A stretch of DNA of 64,000 bases from an uncultured Poribacteria bacterium (GCA_958296135.2 CATQHZ020000001.1:1216001-1280000); one strand, 5' to 3'; shown: positions 9,884 through 20,023, numbered from the stretch's first letter. Made by a program: numbers and translations. Notes: generated from the sequence alone by a model not told the origin.

Positions 9884-11272
9884 TTACAGCCGGTCTTGCG
9901 CTGCAAGGGGCTCTCCGGGAGTTTTCCCTAAAAACTTGTCAATGCCTAGGGCGATACCGCGCGCGATTTTCTGCTGATAGACATCGGCCGTGAGGTTTTT
10001 GCCTTCGGTTGGGTTAGATATAAATCCTGTCTCGATAAGGATAGCTGGCACATTCGTGCCGATAAGCACGACAAAGCGTGCGTGTTTCACGCCCCGGTCT
10101 GCCGCGTCTGTCGCCTTAATTAATTCCTTTTGGACGTGGGTGGCCAGCCGCTGGCTGTCCGCGCTTTTACTTTCCTGCACCAATCCCTCTAGCAGCGGGT
10201 TCAATTCTTGGATGCTGTAGCCGGAGTCGGCGTTCTCGCGTGCCGCGATGCCTTCCGAGGCTTTGTCCGTGCTGGCGACATCCAGGTAGTAGGTTTCGAT
10301 GCCCTTCGCTTTGCTATTTTGATTGGCATTTGCGTGGATGCTGATGAACAGATCTGCCCTGTTTTGCGTTGCGAACTGCGTCCGTCCCTTCAACGGAATG
10401 AACGTGTTGTCCTCCCGCGTGAGTAGCACCTTGTAGCCTTTCGCCACGAGTTTCGCGCGGAGTTTCTTAGCGATGCTCAGCACGACGACTTTCTCTTTGC
10501 GTTCGCCTTCGCCGAGCGCGCCCGGGTCTTTGCCGCCGTGGCCTGCGTCAATCACAATCGTCTTGGCAGTTAGGCCGAGGTCGCGCGTGAGCGTCTCCGG
10601 TACGACTTTTCGCAACTTCGGAACGTTCTTTTTCACGATGGATTCAGTTGTTGCTTTCGCCTTTTGTGCAGTAGGCGCGTTCTTCTTAAGTGCCTGAATC
10701 TCTTCAGAAGCCGCCGCTACAATCTCCGGCTTTTTGGCAGATGCAACGAGGTTTTCGTATAAACTTTCGGCACGGGTGGCATAACCCTGTTTTGCATACA
10801 CGCGTGCCAATCCTAACTGCGCCTCTTCGGCGACATCCGCATCGGCGTAGCGGTTCATCACCAATTGATACTGCGTCATCGCCTGATATTCGTCATCAAA
10901 GTGCGCGTAACAACGGCCTTGCCAGTAGTGTGCGTTTGGCACGTATGGCGAATCGGGATAGTCGTTCGCCAGTTTTTGGAGTGCTGCAATCGCTTGCTGC
11001 GGTGCTTCCACGTCGCCTGCGTTGATGCACCACACATAGGCAGATGCGATGGCGTAGTGTGCGTCATCTGCGAATTCGCCTTGTGCATCCGTCTCAATGA
11101 TGCGTTCAAAGTCTGTTATCAGCGCGTGCCACTCTGCTGGTGTTGCTGGCTTTTTGCCGCTGGCGTAAGCGTAATGCTGCGCCGAAGCTTGTTGATAACC
11201 AGACATGCTTGCGCATCCTGAGCAAAATATCGCCAAGGCGAGGGTGACTATATAGAGGTAACCCGGTCTCAT
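9884..11272 (-). CDS. N-acetylmuramoyl-L-alanine amidase lipoprotein with N-terminal TPR region
   Basis: Lipobox FCSGC; TPR/BamD-like helices; IVIDAGHGGKDPGA, FISIHANA, PAILIETGFISN. Confidence 0.9.
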   Translation of the reverse strand: MRPGYLYIVTLALAIFCSGCASMSGYQQASAQHYAYASGKKPATPAEWHALITDFERIIETDAQGEFADDAHYAIASAYVWCINAGDVEAPQQAIAALQKLANDYPDSPYVPNAHYWQGRCYAHFDDEYQAMTQYQLVMNRYADADVAEEAQLGLARVYAKQGYATRAESLYENLVASAKKPEIVAAASEEIQALKKNAPTAQKAKATTESIVKKNVPKLRKVVPETLTRDLGLTAKTIVIDAGHGGKDPGALGEGERKEKVVVLSIAKKLRAKLVAKGYKVLLTREDNTFIPLKGRTQFATQNRADLFISIHANANQNSKAKGIETYYLDVASTDKASEGIAARENADSGYSIQELNPLLEGLVQESKSADSQRLATHVQKELIKATDAADRGVKHARFVVLIGTNVPAILIETGFISNPTEGKNLTADVYQQKIARGIALGIDKFLGKTPGEPLAAQDRL

Positions 11273-11568
11273 CGTTTTTTTCCTCTCTTTCATAAGGTTT
11301 GACATACAATAAAACGTAAGTTTTCGGTTTTTCGTTACTAAAAATCGGAGATTCTTGTCCAAAAAAGCAAGAAGACTCCGTTAGGTGAGCGGGGTGGCGG
11401 TTTTTCACTATGGGAAGCCCCAAAAATGGAAAACGAAATTGGCGTGGATTATTTGTTGACTGTGAGGCGGAAAACGTGTTATCATATTAAAGCAAAACAA
11501 TCTCGCTAAATTTGGGCAACTTAAGGAGAACCTATTGAAATTTTATACAGTTTGTTTTAAGGAGAACC

Positions 11569-12273
11569 ATGAAACTGACACCACAAGAAATCCAACTTTT
11601 TCGCCACAACGGGTTTATCAAATTCCCGACGCGGTTGCCGATGGCGCAGGTTGAAGCACTCAAAGCGGCGGCATTGAAGGATATTGCGGAAGCGGTTGAG
11701 CCTGTTGCGCGGCAAGATGGCAGAATCATCCGTATCTCAGCGATTTGGGAGCGCGGCGGCATTTTCCGTGAGACGATAACCTGCGATGCCATCCTCGGTC
11801 CGCTAGAATCACTATTGGGCGCGAATATAGAATACGTGCTGAATCGGCATAACCACATCTACCTGCGCGATGCAGGTTCGAGCCATTCGCTTGAGTTGCA
11901 TCGCGATGTGCGCCACTGGAGCCGGACAATTGCTACCGTCCTAGTCTACTTGGAAGACACGCATTTAGAGAACGGTTGCACGCGCGTCGTTCCCGGTTCT
12001 CATCATCTCCCCGCCTTCGCCGATTTGAAAGATGATGCGATTCAGCAGATTGTGGCGAACCAAGCGATTCCGTTACCGATGCCAGCAGGCGGACTGCTAG
12101 CCATCGACAGCATGATAATCCACGCCGCCGGGGTTAACCACACCGAAGGCACACGGATGAGCATGACGTTGGGGTATCACAGTGCGGATGAACTCGCGTC
12201 ATCGGATAACCCGAAGAAGGTGCTCGTCCGAGGTGAACGGCCGTATCGGGGGAATGACGCGCTGCGAATGTAG
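11569..12273 (+). CDS. phytanoyl-CoA dioxygenase (PhyH) family protein
   Basis: HRD motif, NGCTRVVPGSH, IHAAGVN...R. Confidence 0.85.
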   Translation: MKLTPQEIQLFRHNGFIKFPTRLPMAQVEALKAAALKDIAEAVEPVARQDGRIIRISAIWERGGIFRETITCDAILGPLESLLGANIEYVLNRHNHIYLRDAGSSHSLELHRDVRHWSRTIATVLVYLEDTHLENGCTRVVPGSHHLPAFADLKDDAIQQIVANQAIPLPMPAGGLLAIDSMIIHAAGVNHTEGTRMSMTLGYHSADELASSDNPKKVLVRGERPYRGNDALRM

Positions 12274-12361
12274 GAGAGCCCTCCCGGTCTTGATACGGGT
12301 TGTTCGTATCGGGCCAGGGATGTTCCTCCTACCGGTATCGTGACAAGGATGTCCCTCCTAC
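12270..12361. repeat. GTAG-type REP cluster (family 1)
   Basis: GTAGGAGAGCCCTCCCGGTCTTGAT plus two inverted degenerate copies ending CTCCTAC. Confidence 0.65.
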
Positions 12362-12419
12362 CGCAGAAAAATCATTTTTGAAAAATAGACCGTTTTTTTT
12401 GAAAAAAAGTGATTTTCGC

Positions 12420-12448
12420 TTGACAAATGCCAAATTCTGTGGTATACT
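12420..12448 (+). promoter_or_regulatory. sigma70 promoter of tRNA operon
   Basis: TTGACA-17 bp-TATACT with TGTGG extended -10. Confidence 0.8.
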
Positions 12449-12489
12449 ATATAATGTCTTTGAGATAAAGGTGTTGTTGGCATTATTTT

Positions 12490-12563
12490 GGGCGGGTAGC
12501 TCAGGTGGCTAGAGCGACAGCCTTACAAGCTGTAGGCCACAGGTTCAAGTCCTGTCCCGCCTA
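12490..12563 (+). tRNA. tRNA-Val(TAC)
   Basis: GGGCGGG/CCCGCCT acceptor stem, ACAGC-CTTACAA-GCTGT anticodon arm, GGTTCAAGTCC T arm. Confidence 0.95.
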
Positions 12564-12571
12564 TTTATTAG

Positions 12572-12646
12572 GGGCTCGTGGCGCAGTTGGTTTAGCGCGC
12601 CTGCCTGTCACGCAGGAGGTCGCGGGTTCAAGTCCCGTCGGGCCCG
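12572..12646 (+). tRNA. tRNA-Asp(GTC)
   Basis: GGGCTCG/CGGGCCC acceptor stem, CCTGC-CTGTCAC-GCAGG anticodon arm, G discriminator. Confidence 0.95.
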
Positions 12647-12770
12647 TTTTGCTAGCGAAAGGAAAATTTCAGAGACGCAGCTTGCGGCAACGGTGCGAGC
12701 TGACCTGGCACGCGAACGTGATGGCTGAGGTAACCCTGAGCGGACGCTTCGCGTCAGGATAGATAAAAGA

Positions 12771-12845
12771 GGGCTCGTGGCGCAGTTGGTTTAGCGCGCC
12801 TGCCTGTCACGCAGGAGGTCGCGGGTTCAAGTCCCGTCGGGCCCG
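12771..12845 (+). tRNA. tRNA-Asp(GTC), identical second copy
   Basis: Same sequence as 12572-12646. Confidence 0.95.
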
Positions 12846-12864
12846 TCTTTCATGAGACGAAATG

Positions 12865-12901
12865 AGCCACAGGTTGTTTCTACACAATGCTGTGGCTTTT
12901 T
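12865..12901 (+). terminator. probable intrinsic terminator after tRNA cluster
   Basis: AGCCACAG...CTGTGGCT hairpin followed by a T run. Confidence 0.55.
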
Positions 12902-12967
12902 CGTTACAAAGCGCGATGCAAACAGCGCGACCGCCCGGTCGCGAAAAAAAGGGAGGGGAGAAACACC

Positions 12968-14263
12968 GTGCTCGATCTCAAATTTATTCGCGAACATAGC
13001 GATGCCGTCCGACAGATGCTCCAACATCGCCGCAGCGACGCGCTGGCCGACTTAGACCGGCTGCTTGAATTGGATGCGCGGTGGCGCGAGAATTTGACGC
13101 ACACACAATCCTTGAAAGCTCACCAAAATAAGGTATCGCAACAAATCGCCGAACGGAAAAGGGCGAAGCAGGATGCTACGGCGACTATCGCCGAGATGCG
13201 GCAGCTCTCACAGCAGACCAAGGAGCTCACCGCGGCGGCAAACGAAACGAAAGCCGCGATAGATGCCATCCTGCTGACAATTCCGAATATGCCGGAGGCA
13301 AGCACGCCTCTCGGCACTACCGAAGAGGATAACCTCGAAATCAAGACGTGGGGTGAACTCCCCAGTTTTGATTTTCAGCCGAAACTGCACTGGGAACTCG
13401 CCGAACAACTCGGACTCGTTGATTTCCAGCGCGGTGCCAAGGTCGCGGGAAGCAACTTTGTTCTCTTCAAAGGGCTTGGCGCACGGTTGGAACGGGCACT
13501 TATCCAATTCATGTTGGACCTGCACACGACGCAGCACGGCTACACCGAAATCTCGCCGCCGTTCCTCGCGAATCGCCCGACGATGACAGGGACAGGACAA
13601 CTCCCGAAGTTTGAGTCGGATATGTATCGTTGCGACAGGGACGAGGAGAACCCTGACAGCGATCTGTTCCTCATCCCGACAGCGGAAGTGCCTGTGACGA
13701 ATCTCTTCGCGGGCGAAATCCTCACGGCGAAAGAGTTGCCCATCTACTACACAGCCTATACGCCATGTTTCCGGCGCGAGGCGGGTGCCTACGGTAGAGA
13801 CACGCGAGGCTTGCAGCGCATCCATCAGTTTGACAAGGTGGAGATGGTGAAGTTCACCACGCCGGCATCTTCCTACGCCGAACATGAATTGTTATTAGCG
13901 AATGCGGAGAGCGTGTTGCAGGCACTCGGTTTGCCTTATCGTGTCGTTCAGCATTGCATGGGCGAGCTCTCCTTTGCCGCGGCGAAATGCTACGACATTG
14001 AGGTGTGGGCACCGGCGGCGCGGCGGTTTTTAGAGGTATCGTCTTGCAGTAATTTTGAGGCGTTTCAGGCGCGCCGTGCGAATATCCGCTTTCGTCCGGA
14101 GGCGGGCGCGAAGCCGGAATTTGTGCATACGCTGAATGCATCGGGGACAGCGTTGCCTCGCGTCGTCATCGCGATTCTGGAGACGTATCAGAATGCAGAT
14201 GGGACGTTGCGTGTGCCGGCGGTGCTGCGGCCGTATATGGGTGGTTTGTCGCAGATTGGGTGA
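12968..14263 (+). CDS. serS: serine--tRNA ligase
   Basis: VLDLKFIRE start, TGQLPKF, LIPTAEVP, CFRREAG, EVSSCSN, HTLNASG. Confidence 0.97.
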   Translation: MLDLKFIREHSDAVRQMLQHRRSDALADLDRLLELDARWRENLTHTQSLKAHQNKVSQQIAERKRAKQDATATIAEMRQLSQQTKELTAAANETKAAIDAILLTIPNMPEASTPLGTTEEDNLEIKTWGELPSFDFQPKLHWELAEQLGLVDFQRGAKVAGSNFVLFKGLGARLERALIQFMLDLHTTQHGYTEISPPFLANRPTMTGTGQLPKFESDMYRCDRDEENPDSDLFLIPTAEVPVTNLFAGEILTAKELPIYYTAYTPCFRREAGAYGRDTRGLQRIHQFDKVEMVKFTTPASSYAEHELLLANAESVLQALGLPYRVVQHCMGELSFAAAKCYDIEVWAPAARRFLEVSSCSNFEAFQARRANIRFRPEAGAKPEFVHTLNASGTALPRVVIAILETYQNADGTLRVPAVLRPYMGGLSQIG

Positions 14264-14356
14264 TGTGCTTGTAAACTCACGCCTACCACTTCTTGTAGGC
14301 GAGCTTACATTGTCCGATTCACCGTAAAGTTGAATTTTCGTTTGAGGAGCGAATTG

Positions 14357-15016
14357 ATGAATCAGAACTATAGATATGCTGGAAGGTCTCTTACACCTAG
14401 GATAGCTCAGGCGCTCATCACAGAGATATTTTCGGGGCAGACTGTTGCGCGTAACGACATATTGAGAGAGGTGGATAGAGTGCATCGTGAACGTGGTGGA
14501 CTGCCATCAAGGGCAAATTACCATCCTGGCGGAATGGCACTGTCGAACATGAAGAGAGGCGGACTTGCAGAAAATCCATCCCTTGGCCGTTGGCGGATCC
14601 TCGGTTCAAATCACAGTACCTCCGAGCCCAGTCACCTTGAAGAAGAAACCATTGAACTTAATGGCCTTTCTGTAAGGAGCATCGGGTCCGGCGAGGGAAC
14701 GGTCTACGTTTACTACTTCCCGACGTATCAACTTTGGGCAGAATCCCAAAGCGAGTCTTCTTGGCCGTGCAAAATTGGCATGACTGAAGGCGATCCGAAT
14801 TTGCGGATTCACATTCAAGTAGGGACCGGCATGCCAGAAAGCCCCGAAATCGCGCTTATTATCCGAACGGATGCTCCTGCTGAGATGGAGAGGATACTAC
14901 ACGATGCCCTGACTTTGCGCCGTAGGCGCATGGAAGATGCTCCAGGCACAGAGTGGTTTCTTACGAGTCCAAGCGAAGTGGAAGAAATTCATGCCTTACT
15001 ACTCGGAGGCATGTAG
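14357..15016 (+). CDS. GIY-YIG-like (T5orf172/MUG113-type) nuclease-domain protein
   Basis: GTVYVYY...CKIGMT...R...ERILH...TEWF pattern. Confidence 0.7.
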   Translation: MNQNYRYAGRSLTPRIAQALITEIFSGQTVARNDILREVDRVHRERGGLPSRANYHPGGMALSNMKRGGLAENPSLGRWRILGSNHSTSEPSHLEEETIELNGLSVRSIGSGEGTVYVYYFPTYQLWAESQSESSWPCKIGMTEGDPNLRIHIQVGTGMPESPEIALIIRTDAPAEMERILHDALTLRRRRMEDAPGTEWFLTSPSEVEEIHALLLGGM

Positions 15017-15097
15017 TTATCCCGGTAGGAGGGACCTCCTGGTCCCGATACCGAATATTTGTGACTCGTACCAAAACGATTTCATTGACCGTGGCCC

Positions 15098-16078
15098 ATG
15101 GAAAAATTTCTTAACCAAATCATCCACGGCGATTGCTTAGAGTTGATGCGGCAGGTCCCTTCGGATAGCGTTGATGTTACCTTCGCCGATCCGCCGTTCA
15201 ACCTGAAAAAGAAATACAATACCTACGAAGACCATCGGGACGAGGCCGCTTATCTCGATTGGTGCCAGGAGTGGTTATTTGAGATGGTGCGCATCACGAA
15301 ACCGAGCGGCTCCATCTTCGTTCATAATATCCCGAAATGGCTTACCTATTACGCGGGGTTCCTCAATGAATTCGCGACGTTTCGCCATTGGATTGCATGG
15401 GACGCGCCGACAGCACCTATGGGCAAAACTTTGCAACCGTCACATTACGGTATCCTATTTTACGTGAAAGATCCGAAGGCGAACAAGTTTTATGAAATCC
15501 GCTACCCGCACAAGCGGTGCAGGAAATGTGGCTATTTGTTGAAGGATTACGGCGGGAAGAAAAAGATTTTGCATCCGTTCGGTCCGCTTGTTTCCGATAC
15601 CTGGTCGGATATTCATCGCATCCGCCACAATAAGCATCGCGATGCACATCCGTGTCAACTCCCTGTTCATCTCCTAGAACGGCTCATTTTGATGAGCACC
15701 GATGACGGAGACGTAATTCTAGATCCGTTTATGGGCACTGGCACGACAGCTGTCGCGGCTGCGCGATTAGGACGCAGCGTCATCGGCATCGATGTGGATA
15801 GCGACTATGTGGACATCACGCGTAGAAAGTTCGCGCAGGAAGCCCCGCACCCGAAAATTGGCGATGTTTGGGTAAGTTTCTATCGCGGCGAGATAGTCAC
15901 CATTGCGGACAAAGACTGGGAACTGCTGAAGCCGTATTTCGTCATTCCGGAGGACGTTAAGCATATCGATTTTGAGAAAATTCGGGGCGGCCGCGCCATA
16001 GCAACGCCGAAAGGGCAAACGTCGCAACTGCACTTGGAAATTCAGGAGGAGTACTGTGAGTGCTATGAGGCAACGTAG
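15098..16078 (+). CDS. beta-class site-specific DNA methyltransferase
   Basis: IIHGDCL, FADPPFN, HPCQLP, ILDPFMGTGTT. Confidence 0.9.
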   Translation: MEKFLNQIIHGDCLELMRQVPSDSVDVTFADPPFNLKKKYNTYEDHRDEAAYLDWCQEWLFEMVRITKPSGSIFVHNIPKWLTYYAGFLNEFATFRHWIAWDAPTAPMGKTLQPSHYGILFYVKDPKANKFYEIRYPHKRCRKCGYLLKDYGGKKKILHPFGPLVSDTWSDIHRIRHNKHRDAHPCQLPVHLLERLILMSTDDGDVILDPFMGTGTTAVAAARLGRSVIGIDVDSDYVDITRRKFAQEAPHPKIGDVWVSFYRGEIVTIADKDWELLKPYFVIPEDVKHIDFEKIRGGRAIATPKGQTSQLHLEIQEEYCECYEAT

Positions 16079-16133
16079 TTTCATGGACTCGGCGCACCGT
16101 GGTAGTGGTAACAGAATTGAAAAAAATAAAAAT

Positions 16134-16162
16134 TTGACTTTTTAGCAAATCTGTGGTATAAT
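16134..16162 (+). promoter_or_regulatory. sigma70 promoter
   Basis: TTGACT-17 bp-TATAAT with TGTGG extended -10. Confidence 0.8.
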
Positions 16163-16207
16163 TAAACCATAGATTCCCAAAATCGCGCGGATTTCCGCGG
16201 ATTTTTT

Positions 16208-16279
16208 GCCGGTGTAGCTCAGTGGTAGAGCATACGACTCATAATCGTACTGTCCGGAGTTCAACTCTCCGCACCGGCA
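16208..16279 (+). tRNA. tRNA with CAT anticodon (probably tRNA-Ile2, otherwise elongator Met)
   Basis: GCCGGTG/CACCGGC acceptor with 1-72 paired (so not initiator), TACGA-CTCATAA-TCGTA arm; 24 nt upstream of tilS. Confidence 0.9.
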
Positions 16280-16303
16280 TCGTCCCTCACCGAGACGCAT
16301 CTC

Positions 16304-17698
16304 ATGACATCCCGTTTTTTGCAGCAACTGCACCGCTTCATCTCCCAACACGCAATGATAGAGACAGGTGAGACGGTGCTAGTTGCAGTTTCAGGCGGTG
16401 CCGATTCACTCGCCCTGCTTTACGGGTTGCATGCCCTCCGGGCAAAGTTAGAGTGCCACCTCCATGTCGCGCACCTCAACCACAACCTCCGTCCCGATGC
16501 TGATGCCGATGCTGAATTTGTTCGACAACACGCGGCGCGTCTCGATGTGCCGTTTTCTCTAGCCCAGGTCGAATTGCCGGTTCTATCGGAGGCAGCAGGA
16601 CGCGCTGCGCGGTATCAATTTTATGAAGAAGTCGCCGCGCGCAGCGGGGCTACCAAAGTTGCCCTCGGGCACCATCGGGACGACATCGCCGAGACCGTTT
16701 TAATGCACCTCCTCCGCGGCAGCGGCACCACCGGACTAAAAGGCATCCTTCCTGTCAGAGAAGAGCGCTTCATCAGACCGTTGGCAGGGTTCACTCGTCA
16801 AGAAATCGAGGCGTTTCTTGCCTCCATGAACATTGAACCTCGGCACGATGCTACGAATACCGATACGCGCTACCTCCGCAACCGCATTCGCCACGAGTTG
16901 CTGCCGCTGTTGGAACGCGACTATAATCCGAACGTCAAAATCGGATTAAATCGAACGGCTGAGGTGCTCGGTGCCGAATCGGAATATCTTGACGCGATGG
17001 CGCGGGAAGCGTTTGAAAAGTGCCGCGTGCGGCAGCATGAGGATGAAGACTCGATGAGACTAGACAGGGCCCTGTTTCGCCGATATCCCTTGGCTTTGCA
17101 ACGACGGATGTTAAGATATTGTGTATTTGAAATGCAGGGGCACATAACCGATTTCTATTTTCAGCATTGCCAGGCTATTCTTGACGTGATTCAAGGGGAC
17201 GCGCCTAACGCCGTGTTGGCACTTCCCAACGGCTTGCAATTCCGGCGCGCTTATCAGTGCCTGATATTTGAGAGAGAACGGGTTGAGACAGGCAATTTCG
17301 CCTATCCGCTTGCTGTGCCCGGTAACACGAGTGTCCGTGCTTTAAACGCGGAAATTGCATCGCGTGTCGTTGGCGTGGATGCAGACGATGTCCCTCCGTT
17401 GCCCGATGGAAAGTTGGCTGCAGCGTTTGACTGGGACACCATTCGGTTGCCGTTGACGGTGCGCAATCGGCGGCCGGGGGATAGATTTCAACCCTACGGG
17501 ATGCAGGGAACGAAAAAACTGAAGGATTTTTTTATTGATGCGAAAGTGCCGCGATTTGAACGCGACAGGGTTCCGCTGCTCGTCAGCGGCGATGAACTGG
17601 TGTGGGTTATCGGCTACACCACAAGTGAGCAGACGCAACTGCATGCTCACACGCGGCGTTACCTCCTGGTCAGATTCGTTCAGAAATGCAAGACTTGA
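16304..17698 (+). CDS. tilS: tRNA(Ile)-lysidine synthetase
   Basis: VAVSGGADS PP-loop, LGHHRDD, RNRIR, C-terminal KKLKDFFID; followed by hpt. Confidence 0.96.
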   Translation: MTSRFLQQLHRFISQHAMIETGETVLVAVSGGADSLALLYGLHALRAKLECHLHVAHLNHNLRPDADADAEFVRQHAARLDVPFSLAQVELPVLSEAAGRAARYQFYEEVAARSGATKVALGHHRDDIAETVLMHLLRGSGTTGLKGILPVREERFIRPLAGFTRQEIEAFLASMNIEPRHDATNTDTRYLRNRIRHELLPLLERDYNPNVKIGLNRTAEVLGAESEYLDAMAREAFEKCRVRQHEDEDSMRLDRALFRRYPLALQRRMLRYCVFEMQGHITDFYFQHCQAILDVIQGDAPNAVLALPNGLQFRRAYQCLIFERERVETGNFAYPLAVPGNTSVRALNAEIASRVVGVDADDVPPLPDGKLAAAFDWDTIRLPLTVRNRRPGDRFQPYGMQGTKKLKDFFIDAKVPRFERDRVPLLVSGDELVWVIGYTTSEQTQLHAHTRRYLLVRFVQKCKT

Positions 17699-17780
17699 CA
17701 CTGTCAAGTCGGCCTGGTGAGTGAAGCGTTGCCCCAATAACGTTGCACACCGCTTGGCGAACCACAAAAAACGTAAAAAT

Positions 17781-18305
17781 ATGCTTGAACCGCAATCTAT
17801 CTTGATTTCTGAGTCTGATATTCAGCAGCGCGTTCGCGAGCTCGGCGCGCAGATATCCGACGATTACGCAGACCGGGAGCTCGTCCTACTCGGGGTGCTG
17901 AGAGGCGCGGTGCTGTTTTACGCCGATCTGGCGCGCGCCATCTCCTTGCCGCTCCGCTTTGAATTCCTCCAACTCGCAAGTTACTACGATGATACCAAGC
18001 CGTCGCAGGTGCAGCTCATCCGCGGCGGCAGCGATTACCTTGCAGGCAGGCATGTCCTGATTGTTGAGGATATCGTTGACACCGGGCATACGTTGAAATT
18101 TCTCATCGGACACCTGCATCTCCTCAACCCGAAGACGGTAAAGGTTTGCACGCTTCTGGATAAACCTTCGCGGCGCGAGACCGCGGTTAGCGTTGATTAT
18201 TGCGGTTTTGAGGTGCCAGACGCTTTCGTTGTCGGATACGGGTTAGATTACGCGCAAAAGTATCGGAATTTGCCGTATATTGCTGTCGTGGAACCGGAAC
18301 ATTAA
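17781..18305 (+). CDS. hpt: hypoxanthine phosphoribosyltransferase
   Basis: VLIVEDIVDTGHTL, LLDKPSRR, FVVGYGLDY. Confidence 0.95.
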   Translation: MLEPQSILISESDIQQRVRELGAQISDDYADRELVLLGVLRGAVLFYADLARAISLPLRFEFLQLASYYDDTKPSQVQLIRGGSDYLAGRHVLIVEDIVDTGHTLKFLIGHLHLLNPKTVKVCTLLDKPSRRETAVSVDYCGFEVPDAFVVGYGLDYAQKYRNLPYIAVVEPEH

Positions 18306-18314
18306 AATTTGTCC

Positions 18315-18343
18315 TTGATAATTTCTCATCTCTGTGGTAAAAT
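18315..18343 (+). promoter_or_regulatory. sigma70 promoter
   Basis: TTGATA-17 bp-TAAAAT with TGTGG extended -10. Confidence 0.65.
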
Positions 18344-18381
18344 CCTCGAAAAATACATTTCAAGTTTAAAGGAGTTTCTTG

Positions 18382-19152
18382 ATGCGTCAATTTGTTTGTT
18401 TTTCACTGAGCGTTGTGTTGATGATGGGTTTCGTGCTTGTCACGCATGCGCAATTGTCTGAGAAAGCGCAGCTCGGCCGCGAGTTGTTCAATGATCCAAC
18501 TTTTAAGGGCACCCTCGATGTGAAGAAGGCGACGGGGCTTTCTTGTGCCAGTTGCCATGCCGATTTTGACGATGCGGCGGAGCCTGATGGAGTCATCCGT
18601 GCCGCCCACAGCGTCGTCGGCGTGCCGCACCGCGGTGAAGCGAAAGGCGGTATGATTAAAGGTGCCGATTTCGCGCGCGCTGCAGGCGGCGGTGGGTTCT
18701 GCTATGAGCACTTCTTACAACGCGTGCCTGGCGACAAAGTCAATCCTACCGCGATTCCGGCGGAGCACGCCGAGGCACTGATGGCCTATTTTGAAGCCAT
18801 TTCTGGCGACAACAAGGGCCCTCAGTTCACGATGGCGATGCTGGACAACGATGCCAAAAAGGCGGCAGGCGAGAAAATCGTCGCGATGGAGGGGAATCCC
18901 ACGAAAGGGTGGGAACTCTTCGGGCGTGCGTGCGTTACCTGCCATCCGGCGGCTAGCAAGGCTGGGATTGGCCCGCAGCTTGTCCGTTCCAGGGCCCCTC
19001 GCGATATCGATAAAACGATGACCCGGTGGGCATCGAAGATTCGCGGCGGCGGCTCGCTGATGCCGTTCTACGCCACCGATATTCTGTCCGACCAGGAAAT
19101 CGCCGACATTATCGCGTTCCTGCGTGAGCAGATAGAAAGCAATAAGAAATAA
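18382..19152 (+). CDS. periplasmic di-heme c-type cytochrome
   Basis: Signal peptide; CASCH and CVTCH heme motifs; distal MP. Confidence 0.85.
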   Translation: MRQFVCFSLSVVLMMGFVLVTHAQLSEKAQLGRELFNDPTFKGTLDVKKATGLSCASCHADFDDAAEPDGVIRAAHSVVGVPHRGEAKGGMIKGADFARAAGGGGFCYEHFLQRVPGDKVNPTAIPAEHAEALMAYFEAISGDNKGPQFTMAMLDNDAKKAAGEKIVAMEGNPTKGWELFGRACVTCHPAASKAGIGPQLVRSRAPRDIDKTMTRWASKIRGGGSLMPFYATDILSDQEIADIIAFLREQIESNKK

Positions 19153-19362
19153 CTATCCGCGGGGGCTGAGATAACCTATCCTGGCCCCCATTATTCCTAA
19201 GATGCTCTCATCCGCTTTTTGTAACTATCTTTCTGCCTATTCGTTTCTATAATCAGGTTTTCCTTTTAAAAGGGGGGAGCTTGTTCTGCATGTAGAAAGT
19301 TGTAGCAAAATCACTCATTCCGATAAAGCACCGTTAGGTGCTTAATGTCTAGAGGAGAAATC

Positions 19363-19899
19363 ATGAGAGCATCTCAATTCCTGACATTATTTTTAAACGT
19401 TCTCCTAGTCGGTTTCGTCTTAAGTCTTACGAGCTGCGGCGGTAGCAACCTAAACAACCCCGTTGCTGAATCCGATACGCCGGCTGTGACTACCGAAGCC
19501 ACCGAAGTTGATGACGTTGTTGAATTAGCAGTCGCCGAGGATGCGGAGAGCGCGGCGCAAGGGGCCGGACTCAACGTCAAGGTCACCGTGACGAAAAAGA
19601 CGGTGGAACCGGGCGAAGATGTCGAGTTGACGGCTTCAGTCAAAGGGGTTAAAGGTACCAGTGTCACGCTGAACTGGCTAAACGTGACCGGATACGGCAC
19701 GCTATCCGCCACAGGTGAAAATCCAGTCACTTGGACTGCTCCGGCTACGTTAGACGGGGCGAACGTTCAGGTTGAAGTTATTCAACTGGTTGTGACTGTG
19801 ATTACTGAGGTGGTTTCAGTCGGTGCCTCTGGAATTGATACCGATACCCAGATTTTGTCAGAGACGAAAACCATATTGTTGAGCGTTAAAGACGACTAG
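19363..19899 (+). CDS. hypothetical lipoprotein with Ig/PKD-like beta domain
   Basis: Lipobox LTSC; GTLS...VTWTAP pattern. Confidence 0.65.
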   Translation: MRASQFLTLFLNVLLVGFVLSLTSCGGSNLNNPVAESDTPAVTTEATEVDDVVELAVAEDAESAAQGAGLNVKVTVTKKTVEPGEDVELTASVKGVKGTSVTLNWLNVTGYGTLSATGENPVTWTAPATLDGANVQVEVIQLVVTVITEVVSVGASGIDTDTQILSETKTILLSVKDD

Positions 19900-20023
19900 C
19901 CGGTCGGGTGCTTTCATCGATGCACTGCGATGTGGCAATAGGCAAAGCCCCGTATGTTTATAGGGCTTGCCGCACGATGTTCTTAACGGTTCAGCACTGC
20001 ACTCAAAATTAGGGTATCATCAG

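Noticed and set aside
12490-16279. Prophage or integrative element at the tRNA genes
   Set aside because: No integrase or phage genes, and no partial tRNA 3'-end att duplication was seen.
18697-18711. Third heme site (FCYEH) in the cytochrome
   Set aside because: It is not a CxxCH motif; it may be an axial ligand region but cannot be called a heme site.
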